Of a stretch of DNA of 64,000 bases, positions 1 to 15,131 are shown one piece after another (the first letter of the stretch is position 1; every line of letters starts with the position of its first letter). Below the pieces are notes generated by a model. The model saw only the letters and a list, made by a program, of their open reading frames with translations, was not told the DNA's origin and ran no database searches. Origin of the DNA: Eledone cirrhosa (lineage: Eukaryota); assembly GCA_964016885.1 (NCBI GenBank), contig OZ024742.1, forward strand, positions 74,214,001 to 74,278,000. Direction: 5' to 3'. Position numbers and translations under genes: made by a program.

Positions 1-575
1 CTTACTGTGGTAACCCACGATTGAACCTGGGACTCATAATATAATAAGAAAGGTAAAGAGAACATAATATCATCTATAATTAAAAAGATTTGGTAGAATA
101 AATTATATAAACAGAATTTCATAGCGCGATGACACAGAAAGTTTATTTAATCGATCAGAAGACAATTATATAAAAGAATATATAGAAATATATACTAACA
201 TTTCTGCTTGGAATATTTGTTTCCATTTTCGCATACATGGTAACAATATTTTCAATGGACGGACATACAACGTTTGAATATAACTCAACCATTGAACTGT
301 TTAAGTTGGAAAATGGAGAAAAGTAGAAGGAGAGTAAAATGAAGTGTCAATCCTTTTTTTTTTCAGTACCGGAATTACAGCTTTCCAGGATTTAAGGTCT
401 CATTTTTTTTTAGGAGGATGGAGGGTATTTACCTTCTCACGAATGACTATGCATTTCACACATACGTCTACCTTTAACATAATTCTCAGGCGGGATCAGT
501 GCGACAAATTGCGTCAAGCTGGCTTTTGAGTTACATTTTTGCACACTTCAATTTCCACCCACCTTTTTTCTTCAC

Positions 576-737
576 ACACGCACACACACACACATACACA
601 CAGACACACACACAGACACAGACACAGACACACACACAGACACAGACACAAACACAGACACACAGACACAGACACAGACACACAGGCACAGACATACACA
701 CACACAGACACACACAGACACACACAGACACACACAC

Positions 738-777
<40 letters not shown>

Positions 778-781
778 ACAC
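576..781. repeat. (CA)n/(CACAGA)n compound microsatellite
   Basis: Directly visible; source of spurious HT/CV ORFs. Confidence 0.95.
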
Positions 782-1539
782 AAATACGACGTCCATTCCT
801 ACACTAACCAAACCCTTGCCCTTCGCAAATCCGCCACCGTCACCACAACAGCATTGCAAACCCATTCTCCACTCACTTTTAAGATGGCAATCAGTGTCTC
901 AGCTCGATCGACCACATGTCAACACCCACATTGCTGAACAGCGCTCCAATCCCCGATTATCCGTCTCAACCTCCACCCTCATAAGAAGCCACCATCAACA
1001 GGCGGAAGAGAAGTAGGAACTGATCAACATGCGACAGTTTCCATCATCTCTCTTGTGTCGGTCTGACACGTCAAGCCTCGAACGGTCTCCCAGCGTGGAG
1101 ATGCAGCAGCTGCCTCTTCTCCTCGTCTGAGCAGCTGCACCCCCACAACACCCCCAGACGACACAGCATGCCTGTCAGACCCCCAGCCCTCACTAGTCAA
1201 TATCGTTCGGCTCAGACCACTTCACAAGATCCCCCTTAAGGTCCCGAAAAAAGCCCGGGTGCCTTGGACTCCGACCGACACAGCGATTGGGAGTGATTGT
1301 TTTATTTCGCTCCACTCGCCCTCGGTCTTCCCAACACCATCCTCTAACCCACCTAGGAGGTTTTGGCTACTCTCCGGCTCAAACATCCCGGGCCACCTGC
1401 AGACTTCAGACTTCCGACACATACCACCTTATCCTAAACCCCTTTACGTGGCCTCCGAGGAACACATCATCTCTGCTTTGTGATCTTTTCATGCCAGCAG
1501 TAGCAGAAGCGCCGATAGTCTCCGACATGGCCACCTAAC

Positions 1540-2350
1540 AGACTTGGTGTCGCCACCTAAAAGACTTGGTGTCGCCCATCACTGTCGAAGTCGGGCGCCG
1601 CCAACTGAACACCTTCGGGGCCTTCACTAATTGGTTCATTCTCGGCGTCTTGGGCTCTTATACCCGAGACCTCTTCTTTTCGGTCCGCCTCACGGCTCTC
1701 AGGTCATGAAAAAGGCGGTAGGAAACGTCTTCGGGAGGCTCGCAGCCAATCTCATCTGCATATCTGTCATACCTCATCTAGGTGAGAAACTCAGTCCGGT
1801 GCAGGTAGGGGTAGGCGTAGCCTGTGGGAGCGAGGCGGCGCCTACGCCGCTAGAGTTCATAAAAAACTGTTCTCGCGAGCCGGTGCTGAGTGATCCCAAA
1901 CATCTCATCGTCAAGCTCGACATGAGAAACGCCTTCAACTGTCTACGCCGTGCCCATATGCTCGAGGCTTACTTAGCCGTGCATCATCCACCTACCCACT
2001 GGCTTACCTATCATACGGGTCCGCGAGCATGCTCCTTGCTGCGGACAGGATCATACCGTCCTCAACCGGCGTCCAACAGGGCGATCCATTAGTCCCTCTA
2101 CACTTTGCTCGCGGAGTGAACAGCGTTGCACGGAGCATCACCGCTCCTCTGAACGCCTGGTACCTGGACGATGCGACGATACGTGGTCCCGCGTTTGTCA
2201 TGATCTCCAATCAGAGTTTCCGCTCTAGCAAGGTTTAGCCTTGAGGTCAACTCGTCCAAGTCGGAAGTCATGAACGTCAATTACAACGCAGAGGACTTTC
2301 CGGCCTCTGTCTCGGAAGTGCGATTATCACTCCATCTGGTGCAGGTGACC
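1540..2350 (+). mobile_element. Decayed CRE-clade-like non-LTR retrotransposon RT fragment
   Basis: Frameshifted peptides AVGNVFGRLAA, QVGVGVACGSEA, KLDMRNAFN, GVQQGDPL, WYLDD; homologous to 13499-13740; element may extend upstream to about 800. Confidence 0.8.
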
Positions 2351-2927
2351 CCTAGCGATATACGCTATGTTTATGAATTTGAAAGCCTTCAGTTATGCAT
2401 TTTGGAAGCTGATGACATTAAGACATCAGGTGGATTCCAGTAGTGGCAGGGGCGAGTAACTGTCGACGATCATCGTTATTGACTCTGGTCTTATCAAGAC
2501 AACGCTTCCTCACCATGCTCTCTGGTGCGATTCAATATAGGCAAAAACATATGTTAAAACCGTCTTTTGAAGGCGTGGTTTAGCCACAAATAGTGCAGGT
2601 GAGATCATCCCTGGTCTTCCAATTTTACATGCATTTTGCTTCATCATTTGGTGAGCAATCCTATTTTTCAAACCAGTTATGCAAACATAAGTCTGAGGAG
2701 GAATGTAAATATAATCACTTTTCCAATATGGGAGAAACAATCAAGAGAATCTTGGACAATCTGGAATTTCCTGTTTCACCTCACCATCTTGCTTATTTAA
2801 TGAATAATTCAAAAGATGTTACGATAATTCCCCTATTTCGAAATTAATTATACCAGTCTTCCACTAGATGCTGCCTACAAAATATATTACTCCTATAGAA
2901 ATTTAATATTGTAATTATGCTGCTCTA

Positions 2928-3170
2928 AGGCGCGTGGTTTAATGGATCGAGTGATACAATGTATTCTTGAGCAAGACACTTTATTTCTTGTTACTCCAGT
3001 CTATCCAGCTGGTGCAAAGCTGTATTGGTTTTTGCTTTTCTCAGTGGCGTTGATAGAGTAAGCTTGCATGCGTGGGTGATTGTTAGTCCTCCACTACACA
3101 ACCTGTTCTGGCTTGTGCAGAACAGGTTGTGTAGTGGAGTTTTTTCTGGTACAAACCCATGGTCATTCAC
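2928..3170 (+). mobile_element. tRNA-derived SINE (family 1), degenerate
   Basis: ggcgcgtggtttaatgg head and ttgagcaagacactttattt core shared with 6948 and 8519. Confidence 0.7.
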
Positions 3171-4269
3171 TCTATTAGCATATATAACAAAAATTAATGC
3201 CGTCTTTTTTCATTTTATCCATATTTCGTTAGGTCCACTTAAATATAATGGAAATAAATTACTTTTCATGTCACAGTTAAAATGCATTTTATGCGACATA
3301 TGCACGAAATAAACCTATTTGCATTGTCACTGATTGGCAATTTCCAACGTAAGACTTCTCGTTTGTTTGTGTAACTAGTAAATAGATAACATTTTTAAAT
3401 TCAAAATTTCCTCCCTGTAAATGTCTGGTGAGATATAATTTATAAGTCTATTTCAGATTTCAGTTTAGAAATATGAAAATTTTAATGTTAGTCTTGCTTA
3501 GATAGCTCATAATTGCGTTAACATTAAGCTTTTCATCTAAACTAACAGATTTTTCTTTAGCAGGAATCTGATACTGTTATAGAACCATATAACGCAACAC
3601 TATTAATACACCAATTGATGGAAAACAATTTCTGCGTAGACAGTGAAACATTTTACAGCATCTGTCAACATACGTTGAAACTTCCCACGTCTAGCTATTT
3701 TGACTTAAATCATTTAGTCTCGACCACATTAACTGGCATTAATATATATCTGTGATTCTCTAGCAGCTCGAGGTATCCAGCTATACAGAATTTTGCCTGT
3801 TGCAGAACTTGGAGATCAGTGGTTCGATGCTAAGTATGATGGCTACCTGTAGTCAAAGACGAGTTCACTACCCAACTGTTGTCACTGATTGAAAGACGTT
3901 GATGATGAAATGTTTAAAGTGCAAAATATCTATAACAGTTATTTTTCTGAGTGGCAAGAAATGTACAAACAGATGGTTGTTATTTATGTGCATTTCTAAG
4001 TGGCTCTAAACATGCTATGTTTCGACATAAAGACTTTTTACGTTGGTACACTGGCGAGGGTATGGAAAAGAAATTAAGTTGCATGGTGGGCTGGGATCGC
4101 TCTTATTCCGTGAACGATACAAAACTTAAACTTGACCTGAAATTACAGAAGTCTTATATGTACCGTTGCCTGGTCCTGTCTTGAGTGAAGAAGTTGCAGA
4201 AAGGTGCGAAATTATCAGATTCACACGTCATTCGATACGATGACTGATAAGTGAAATGTAAATAATAGT

Positions 4270-4905
4270 GCACATACTTAAATATGGAATGTTACGCGAT
4301 GCCTCCCTCCCAGCCCCGGCGGACAGGATGGAGAAGGCGTTTCCCCGGAGGACGGCAAGGGAGACGCGCTGGAAAAGCCATTCCAACTCGCGGGGTTCAC
4401 ACCTGCGGCTGGCCAGCTCAGCGCCTATGGTGGTGAGTAGGGAGGTAACCCTAGGGCCGAGGACACCAGAAGTCTTCACTGCCAGGGGTATAACCGCAAA
4501 CCTATCGGATAGCGACCGGTATTTGAGGAATTTGGCCTCCTCAGCCCGACGTGCAACAGAACCTGGGTTAGTCGCAGACTGCACCAGGTTGCGACTGTAG
4601 AAAGTGTCGGTGCAAGTAGCATCCAAGACGAGGAGTGTGCCACCGCGGAACGGGAAGATGGTCATGCCATCTAGCCTTTTGCCGTCCCCTTGGTCCATCC
4701 CCACCGGCTCGAGCTGGGAAGGGAAGCGCGCAGCGTCCAAGCCAAGCTTAATGACCTCGTTGAGGGCAGCATGGCGTGGAAGGCGGCCGGTACTGTGGCG
4801 ACAGGAAAGCGGGTGGAGGCCGAAAGAGTCCAAGGTGGATCCGCAGCGACATTGGTGTGGCTCGCAAATCCGGAGGCCGAGCTTCAAGGAAACGCCGATG
4901 CGCAT
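4270..4905 (-). mobile_element. CRE-like non-LTR retrotransposon 3' end: zinc knuckle plus restriction-like endonuclease
   Basis: ORF 4228-4905: CRCG...HPLSC...RHAALN, GKRLDG, LDATCTDT, AEEAKFLKY, LFQRVSLAVLRGNA. Confidence 0.85.
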
Positions 4906-6947
4906 TATGATACTTTACTGTGGAATGAGATGGAGCATACAAAGCATGGTCCAGCACCGCTGACAAGGATTTACAAGCGCTCGGAATCATAGCTAAATAT
5001 TTTAGATAAATCTATGTCATCGGACTTTACTCAGGACGTTGAGGGTCAGTTGTTTTGTAATCTGATATGCTCTTCTTGCAGCATTTCGAAAGCTAGCTAA
5101 TAGGTGGCCCGGTTTAAGATCCATTTATTCAAGTGTGGTGACCGTCAACGAAATATCCACTTGTATAACGGTAGACGTTCTACGCCAAGTTGTACTAACG
5201 ACTGAATATTTAGTATTCTCATCTGGTATTTAAGGTCTGAGGAAGATAGCGGAACTATCTCAATTTCGATTTTCAAATGCCCTTGGAAGCGAGCATAGTC
5301 ACATAAAAAATCTTCACCCGAGGCATCAAAACATCTGGAGTTCTTTGACCGAACTACCGTTGATGATCTTGAAGATCTCTTAACGTGTGACTGGCTGGCT
5401 TGTCTCTGACACAGTGTGCCTTCTAGTCTTGTCTATGATCGACCCGGTTGCATATTCGGGCCACATATCTACGGATATATCCCGGGCGCATTTCTTTGTA
5501 CTCCTGATCAGATACGCGCATGCACGTAATTTTAAAAAAATGTAAACATATATTTTAAAAGTCGGACTAGAGAGTGGTTGAATTTGATGCTCGTTACTAT
5601 CATATCAGAGGGAATCCCTACCATTAGTTTGTAGTTAGTTTTCTACCCTATCCTCGTTATTTACTTAGTAACGCACATGATTGAATCAACGAGATTCCCA
5701 CAGAATTAATCTCTGAGTACAACCAATAGCAGGAGGTTACTGTTGAGGAAGAAGAATTATAGGACAGCAATACATTGTTTTCTATTAAATTCTCTGATAA
5801 ATTTTGACTTCTCTTTAATATTTCACAATTTAATTTAATTTGTTTTTTTGGTTGGTGTTGATGAGTTAAAAAAATGCAAAAAAACTTAAAAAAAAATATT
5901 TTTATGCTTTTCAATAGTCCAGCCAAGATAGTCAATTAGATTCCTTTGACACCAAATACCTACACAATCCTTGGCATGAGGTAGAATAACTTCATCACCA
6001 ACAAAGAAGACCACCAACGGACCCCAAAACAATGAACCCCACCAACAAAGCGTATCTAACTTCATGTGCGACTCTCAAGTAAGAGATATGTTAATCAGGT
6101 CCTGTATTGGTATTCCTACGTAAAGAGGCAAAGAGGACATCCAAAGACGAACTGGCGGCAGATATTCAGCAGGACCTGAAACCCGTCAACAAAAGTTGGA
6201 ACGATGTATTGATCGATGCAACTGACCATGGTTATTCGAGCACTTTGGCTGCCTCATGCGTCTCAAGATACGGGAGCTTCTAAGTAAGTTTTCATTACAC
6301 TGTGGAAATTGGTATGTTTCCTGATGAATGTCAAGGTCGTTTAATAAAGGTAGTGCCTTAATGTAAGGAAATCCTTTATTTGCTCAATATTTCTGACAGT
6401 AGTCTTCTACTCCGTGACTCACTTCTTGCTTCACTGACATTATAGTTTAATATCGTTTGTACATCGAATACGATATTTGATAAATTTTACACGGATTTAT
6501 TTATAAATATTTCAGTTCAGTAAATTCTAGCCACGAGCGATCAGTTGTACATTCAACACATATTTATAAAATTTTATTTTCGACTCAACTAATTTTCATA
6601 AATCTTAAACATTTTCAGTTACTCCTTTACATATTCCAGTCCGTAGACTGCGGCAATGCTTTTAGAAATGTCTAGTTTCCAGTATAGTAGGGACTTTAAC
6701 ATCTATCAATTTACAGTATGGCATTCATTTAATCACTGAAGAATGCTACCATTAAATTTAGTCACAATTCTAAAAAATGTTTTCAAAATTAAAGCAGTTT
6801 ATTGTTAAACTAAAAATGAATTATTAATGCTTTGGGATATATCTATAGCAAAAATGTTCCCAACTCTGGATTTTATTGAAAAGTAATGCAATAATTGAAG
6901 AACAATAAAAAAGAATCATTTAAAAAGAGAACTAGTAGACTATGACA

Positions 6948-7285
6948 AGGCGCTTAGCTTAGTGGTTAGAGCGTTGGGCTTGCAATTATGAAGTGGTGAG
7001 TTCGATGAATCCCGATGCGTTGTCATTGAGCAAGACACTTTATTTCACATTACGCCAGTTAACTCAGCTGTAGAAATTAGTTGCGACGTCACTGGTGCCA
7101 AGCTGTATCGGTCATTGCCTTTCTCTTGGACAACATCGACGTGGAGACGGGAGACTGGTATGCTTGGCCGACTGCTGGTCTTCCACAAACAACCTTGCCT
7201 GGGCTTGTGCTTCGGAAGGGAAGTTTCTAGGTGCAAACCCCAAGGTCATTCGTGACTGAACGGAGGGGTCTGTACAACTTTACCT
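6948..7285 (+). mobile_element. tRNA-derived SINE (family 1), near full length
   Basis: A-box-like tagcttagtgg, B-box-like gagttcga, core ttgagcaagacactttatttcac. Confidence 0.8.
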
Positions 7286-7784
7286 TAGTAGATTACTAAA
7301 GGTGTCCTAACAAAGACGTTTGATTGAAATATATTTCAAGTCCGTTCTTTTAAACATTACACTTTGCAATAATTTCTATTGGTAAAGCTTCAATCGTACT
7401 AATTCATAACTAATTCTATTACATATGTTAACCACGTAGTTTACAACCCTTGTACATTATCCTAAAGATTGTGTGTTAAATTAAATGCCACTGAAGAATG
7501 TCCATCATACACGGATAATCATCTCTTTCATTCCCTAGAGTCAGCGGCCCTGTCAATAATGTAGACCATATAATATATTACCAGAAACGTAATACCTTAT
7601 AACAGACTAGACATTACCCAGCTTAAATAATCTTTTCAGATTTTGGAAGTGATCATTTCGTTAATAAATCACTGAAGATTATTCACTGAAAGTCAGGGAA
7701 GAAGCACCTTTGATACAGTAGTCTGTGCCTCTAAGTAATTATTATTTAATATATTATTCAATATATATATATTTCATTTGCAGA

Positions 7785-7980
7785 CACCCGAGTTGTCCGG
7801 GGGGTAACCAGAGTTAAAAGAAGTTCTCAATAAATTGGTAGAGTATAGGCATCTTTATTATATATATAGAAATGACTTCTACAGGGCTAGAACTGTTTCA
7901 TTCATTTGTATGAAACCATCAGGACATTCATGATGATTTCATACGAATGAAACAGTTTTAGTCCCATAGAAGTCATTTCT
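7785..7980 (-). mobile_element. Foldback mini-element family K with degenerate hammerhead core
   Basis: Imperfect inverted repeat 7868-7980; homologous to 59872-60060, and its tail resembles 1-35; tgatga-tttc..gaat-gaaac..gtc remnant. Confidence 0.7.
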
Positions 7981-7985
7981 CCCCC

Positions 7986-8111
<126 letters not shown>

Positions 8112-8114
8112 ATG

Positions 8115-8400
8115 TAAGTTAAAACAATGAAATAAAAAATCAAGTCATTAGAAATATACTTCACTGCTTTACGATCGTTTCTAGGTGATGATAATACATC
8201 GTAACTATACTTCGTTATCGATCTATAGTTACGATGTATAGTTACGATGTATTATCATCACCTAGAAACGATCGTAAAGCAGTGAAGTATATTTCTAATG
8301 ACTTGATTTTTTATTTCATTGTTTTAACTTATATCATGACTCTATTTTCCTTTTAATGTTTTATTGTTTACCGGGATTTATTTGAACCTACATTTAACAT
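8115..8400 (+). mobile_element. Foldback mini-element with hammerhead 3' half
   Basis: About 95-bp arms (8115-8210 / 8236-8331); GAAA-cgatcg-TA at 8265-8276; unique 3' tail. Confidence 0.7.
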
Positions 8401-8454
8401 ATGGATTACATTGAGTTCTTCATGCAGACTGGACCCCACAACTTACCGTGAATA

Positions 8455-8517
<63 letters not shown>

Positions 8518-8518
8518 G

Positions 8519-8635
8519 AAGGCGTGTGGCTAAGTGGTTAGAGAATTGGATTCACAATCTTGAGGTTGTGAGTTCGATTCCTGGACCGGGTGATGCGTTA
8601 TGCCCTTGAGCAAGACACTTTATTTCACGTTGCTC
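8519..8635 (+). mobile_element. tRNA-derived SINE (family 1), 5' part
   Basis: tggctaagtgg A box, gagttcgattcc B box, ttgagcaagacactt core. Confidence 0.8.
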
Positions 8636-8808
8636 CTTCTACCTGAAGTTGCGACCGATAGATAGTAAAAGCAACTGGAAAGACCGACGAAAACATTGTT
8701 CCCTCGGTCCGATTTGACGAAAGTCGATCGTCCTTTTATATATATATATATATATAAAAGGTAAATGAAACTGGTAAATGAAATAATTATCTTATGTTGT
8801 TTATTACA

Positions 8809-8862
<54 letters not shown>

Positions 8863-8888
8863 TGTAATAAACAACATAAGATAATTAT

Positions 8889-8949
8889 TTCATTTACCAG
8901 TGGTTTCTTGAAGGCAGATGTTGTGTCTGTCTTCAGTCGTCAGAATGAA
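8889..8949 (-). ncRNA. Type I hammerhead ribozyme (family A)
   Basis: Minus strand: ttcatt CTGACGA ctgaagacaga-cacaaca-tctgccttcaa GAAA ccactgg TA aatgaa; stems I and II pair; GUA triplet. Confidence 0.85.
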
Positions 8950-9120
8950 TAAATAACATGGCGTTTTTATTAAATATGGATTTGAAAACAAAATTTAGGA
9001 AATATGAAAGTGAGGCTGAAAAACGGGCGAAAAGGAAATAGGGGGAATATATATATATAATATATATATATGAAATAATAATTCAAAATATTAATAAATA
9101 TAGACATTCATGTGATCAAA

Positions 9121-9190
9121 TATACTTTATTATATATATTTCAGAGGTACTGTGCTGTTTCTTCAGTACGTCCTAATCAGTTAAAATAAA
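9121..9190 (-). ncRNA. Degenerate hammerhead (family B; core CUGAUUA)
   Basis: Homologous to the intact copy at 59651-59720; G8 mutated. Confidence 0.6.
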
Positions 9191-9535
9191 TTGATGTATG
9201 ACATACCTCAACTGTGATGATGGTTCAATTCCAGTCTTGGCAGTATATATAAAATATATATATAAAAAAATAAATATCCAGAACATAAACATACACACAC
9301 TCAACTACGCGCATATACTTAATAGTACGTAGACGTATACTTTCTCACATAAGCGTATTTGCGTCTAAATAGAAATACGGACAGGAACATAAATACATAC
9401 ACATACATATACGCAGATATATATGCATTCAAAAATATACACACGAATACGGGAAGTAGTTTAGAAACAGGATTAACTCGGAGGTTGTTTTTCGTTATTT
9501 CGTGGGCCGAAGTGCGAATCTCGATAATTTATGTT

Positions 9536-9633
<98 letters not shown>

Positions 9634-9761
9634 AAAGTAAAAATCAAAATCAAAAACAAAATAAAGTCAAAAAAGGGACGTGTTGACAACGAAAGGTGTG
9701 AGAGTGTTGGGGATGGGGAAATGAATAAAAACAATTTAAAAATAAACAAATACATACGATA

Positions 9762-9836
<75 letters not shown>

Positions 9837-9842
<6 letters not shown>

Positions 9843-10157
9843 AAAAAGAGATGAAATCGAAAATGCAACTGAAGTCTTATTTTTTAAAAAAATATATATA
9901 TTTATTTGGTTCCTTTACCGGTTTCGCAGTTCTTCTGCTTTTCAAAAGGTGAGTTGAGATGGAGGGTCTGTGGTTTTTCTCACCTTTTGAAAAGCAGAAG
10001 AACTGCGAAACCGGTAAAGGAACCAAATAAATATATATATTTAAAAAAAAAATAAGACTTCAGTTGCATTTTCGATTTCATCTCTTTTTCTTTATACTTT
10101 CACTCGTGTAGGACACCTCAGTTACTTTTCATTTTGTAAAAAAAACCTCACTTTCTA

Positions 10158-10158
<1 letters not shown>
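9837..10158 (+). mobile_element. Foldback mini-element family F between (TA)n tracts
   Basis: About 117-bp arms (9837-9953 / 9979-10096) plus 3' tail; HHR in each arm. Confidence 0.8.
9983..10020 (+). ncRNA. Minimal type I hammerhead, U3-A8 variant (mirror copy 9912-9949 on minus strand)
   Basis: cctt TTGAAAA gcag-aagaa-ctgc GAAA ccgg TA aagg; palindromic stem III. Confidence 0.7.
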
Positions 10159-10250
<92 letters not shown>

Positions 10251-10380
10251 TACACATATATATATACATATATACACATATACATGCATATATATCTATA
10301 CACACATACAAACACACACACATATATGTGTATTTATATATAAAATAAATATATCTACATCTACATATATATATATATAT

Positions 10381-10698
10381 ATACGATATATTAACAAATG
10401 GAAACTATATTTATAAAAGCATATTTATTTCATTATACATATTTCAAGGACACCAAGTTAAATTATGGTGTATGTCAATATTTATTTATAAAACTGATCT
10501 ATATTATATTTTATCTGATGAAAGCACACCATAATTTAACTTGGTGTCCTTGAAATATGTATAATGAAATAAATATGGTTTTATAAATATAGTTTCCATT
10601 TGTTAATATATCGTATTTTTACTCCAATAATTTGTTGAGTGCTTTATATCAGTTATAAAAATATTTGCTTGTTGTATCCCAACAATTTAAATAGAACT

Positions 10699-10700
<2 letters not shown>
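10381..10700 (+). mobile_element. Foldback mini-element family H between (TA)n and (TC)n tracts
   Basis: About 90-bp arms (10381-10470 / about 10527-10616); tail contains tactc...gagtg. Confidence 0.8.
10507..10571 (+). ncRNA. Type I hammerhead ribozyme (family H)
   Basis: tattttat CTGATGA aagcacacca-loop-tggtgtcctt GAAA tatgta TA atgaaata. Confidence 0.85.
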
Positions 10701-10768
<68 letters not shown>

Positions 10769-11054
10769 CACACACATACACACACATATATATATACACA
10801 AACATACATACATATACACACACATCCACATACATACACATACAAAAAACCTAAAATAAATTAGATAGATGAACCTCAAAGTTACATAACCCACATACAT
10901 ACGTACACATACGCGCGCGCACACACGCACGCAATAAAAAATCAACAAACGCATACAAATAAACATATACGTAAATCCATACACACATATATACACATAT
11001 ATACAAAAACATATATACAAACACATACACACACATATATATATATACATATAT

Positions 11055-11085
<31 letters not shown>

Positions 11086-11408
11086 AATATATATATATAT
11101 ACACACACATGTATAGGTAGAAATACACACACACACACCCCTATACATACACACACATATATAAATACACACACACACACATACACGTGCGTGTGTGTGT
11201 GTGCGTACATAAACATATAGGCAGACAAACTATAAATACACACACTCTCGCAGGTGGGAGTATAAAAGGGGGTACCAAAAAATGAAAAAATGAAAAAAAG
11301 GGGTGGTATTATACTCCAGAAGAACTGTCGAATGCTTCGAATCAGTTAAAATTATATATTTTTGTTGAATAACCGACAAAATAAATATTCCCTATGCTTA
11401 TAAATGCG

Positions 11409-12475
<1,067 letters not shown>

Positions 12476-12834
12476 TTTTTTAGCTATTTTTTAGCTATTT
12501 TTTTTCATTTGACTTAAGATCCTCCCCCCTACTTTCTACCATACCTTTAACACATACACACCCACCACCTTCATTCTTTACCCAGATCACTTTTTAACTA
12601 TATACCCTTATCCAGATCTCATCACAAACACTCACTTTCTACTACAACTTTTACATCCCTTTTCTCCCTTACCTGTTCTTGATAATTGTTTTTATTATTT
12701 TATTTCAGTTTTATTCCCCCTTGTCCTTATTTACCCACTAGGTTTTTAAGTGTACTCACATAAGGTTGTATGTGTCTCCCCCTCCATGCAGCCCCTTTTC
12801 GCTCTCGTTCTCTGGCACCTCCATATATATATAG

Positions 12835-13900
12835 GTGAGCTATGCTGCCCTCTTACCAGCACTTTCCCTTCCAACCACACACACCAGCCACCGACCCCTG
12901 ATGCCGCTCGGTGCCCCAGTGCCCAGCCCCACGCCCCATCTCCCACCCCTCCAAATCGACACCTGCAGCACTTGCGGCACTACTAACAAACGGAAGAGGG
13001 GTCGGAACTGTTTGGGGTGCGGCTTCTTCCACCACCTCACCTGCGTTGGCTTGACTCGTCGAGCTTCCAATGCCCTCGCAGCGTGGAGGTGCAGGAGCTG
13101 CCTCTTCCCCACGTCTTCCCAGCCACGGCTGTCTGGCACACCACCAGAAGCCACCCCGAGGCCAGCGCCAAGCGTTTGCGTGACCAGGTAAACGCAAAGT
13201 TTATCATCGGTGATGTCTCGGCCGCAGGCAAAGTTGTTGCCTCAGAGGACACTGTCCTTCAACCCAACGAGGAGATCCTGGCTGCTCTGCGGCTCAAACA
13301 CCCTGAGCCACCCACTGATCTCAAACCCATACCCCCACCCGACCCCCACCTGCTCCTTGTGGCTACTGATGCAGATATCATGTCCGCCATCAGGTCCTTC
13401 CCAGCTAGCAGCTGCGGAGGTGTTGATGGTCTCCGACCAGGCCACCTCAAGGAGTTGACATTCCCCCTCTCCGCTGAGGCCGCGCGCCGCAGTTCTGAGT
13501 GCAATTGTGGCGCTCACCAATAGGCTCATTCATGGCTCCCTCGACCCTTACGCCCGAGGCCTCTTTCTATTCGGCCAGCCTCACCGCTCTCAGGAAGAAA
13601 GAGGGTGGCATACGCCCCATTGCTGTGGGCAATGTCTTCCGGAGGCTGGCTGCCAAGGTGATCTGCAAGTCCGTCACACACGAACTGGGTGAGGAGTTTA
13701 GTCCGGTGCAACTGGGTGTCGGCGTGTCCTCGGCCCCAGGGCTACCTCCTTACTCACCACAATAGGCGCTGAGCTGGCCAGCCGTAGGTGTGAGCCCCGC
13801 GAGTTGGAGTGGCTTTTCCAGCGCGTCGCCCTTGCCGTCCTTCGGGGAAACGCCTTCTCCATTCCGTCCGCTGGGGCTGTGGATGGGCCCCATCGCGTAC
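12835..13900 (+). mobile_element. Internally deleted CRE-like retrotransposon with N-terminal PHD-type finger
   Basis: CSTC...CLGC..FHHLTC...WRCRSC; GVDGLRPGHL; LRKKEGGIRPIAVGNVFRRLAAK; QLGVG joined at about 13730 to a 3' end homologous to 4270-4470. Confidence 0.8.
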
Positions 13901-14369
13901 CATTACATTAGTTAAATACCATTCTTTTATCTCATACATATATATAACGTGTACACATCACTGTTATTATTTATATATATATATATATGTTTATATATAT
14001 GTGTATGTATATGAGTGTGAGCGTGTGTATATATGTTTGTGTATGTGTACGCGCATTTATAAGCATAGGGATATTTATTTTGTTGGTTATTCAACAAAAA
14101 TATATAATTTTAACTGATTCGAAGCACTCGACAGTTCTTCTGGAGTATAATACCACCCCTTTTTTTCATTTTTTCATTTTTTGGTACCCCCTTTTATACT
14201 CCCACCTGCGACCGTGTGTGTATTTATAATTATTCTGCCTATGTTTATGCACACACACACATGCACGTGTATGTGTGTGTGTGTATATTTAAATATGTGT
14301 GTATGTATAGGTGTGTGTGTGTGTGTGTGTATTTCTACGTATACATGTGTGTGTGTATATATATATATT

Positions 14370-14402
<33 letters not shown>

Positions 14403-14645
14403 TTATATATATATATATATGTATATATGTATATATATATATATGTATATATATGTATATACATATGTGTGTGTATGTGTTTGTATATATGTTTTTGTAT
14501 ATATGTGTATATATGTGTGTATGGATTTACGTATATGTTTATTTGTATGCGTGTGTTGACTTTTTATTGCGTGCGTGTGTGCGCGCGCGTATGTGTACGT
14601 ATGTACGTGGGTTTTGTACCTTTGAGATTCATCTATCTAATTTAT

Positions 14646-14752
14646 TTGTTTCTACTTTAGGCACAAGGCCAGCAATTACCCAGAGCATTACTGGTACTTT
14701 ATTTTATCGACCCCGTAAGGATGAAAGGCAAAGTCAACCTCGGCGGGATTTT
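14646..14752 (-). mobile_element. SINE family 2 fragment
   Basis: Matches 36721-36905. Confidence 0.8.
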
Positions 14753-15068
14753 AATTTATTGTAGATGTTTTTGTATGTGTATGTGGATGTGTGTGTATAT
14801 GTATGTATGTTTGTGTATATATATATGTGTGTGTATATATGTATATATATATATATATATGCATTTAAATATGTATATGTACGTATATTTATTTTATATA
14901 TAAATACACGTGTGTGTGTTTGTATGTGTGTCTAGATATATATGCATGTATATGTGTGTATATGTATATATATATGTGTATATTTATATATATATATGTA
15001 TATGCATATCGTGTGTCAACACGTCCCCTTTTTGACTTTATTTTGTTTTTTATTTTGATTTTTACTTT

Positions 15069-15131
<63 letters not shown>

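Noticed and set aside
6948-7015. tRNA gene (also at 8519 and 36721)
   Set aside because: SINE heads continuing into repeat bodies; no intact cloverleaf
9359-11243. Many YI/CV/HT-rich ORFs here and throughout the window
   Set aside because: Translations of microsatellites
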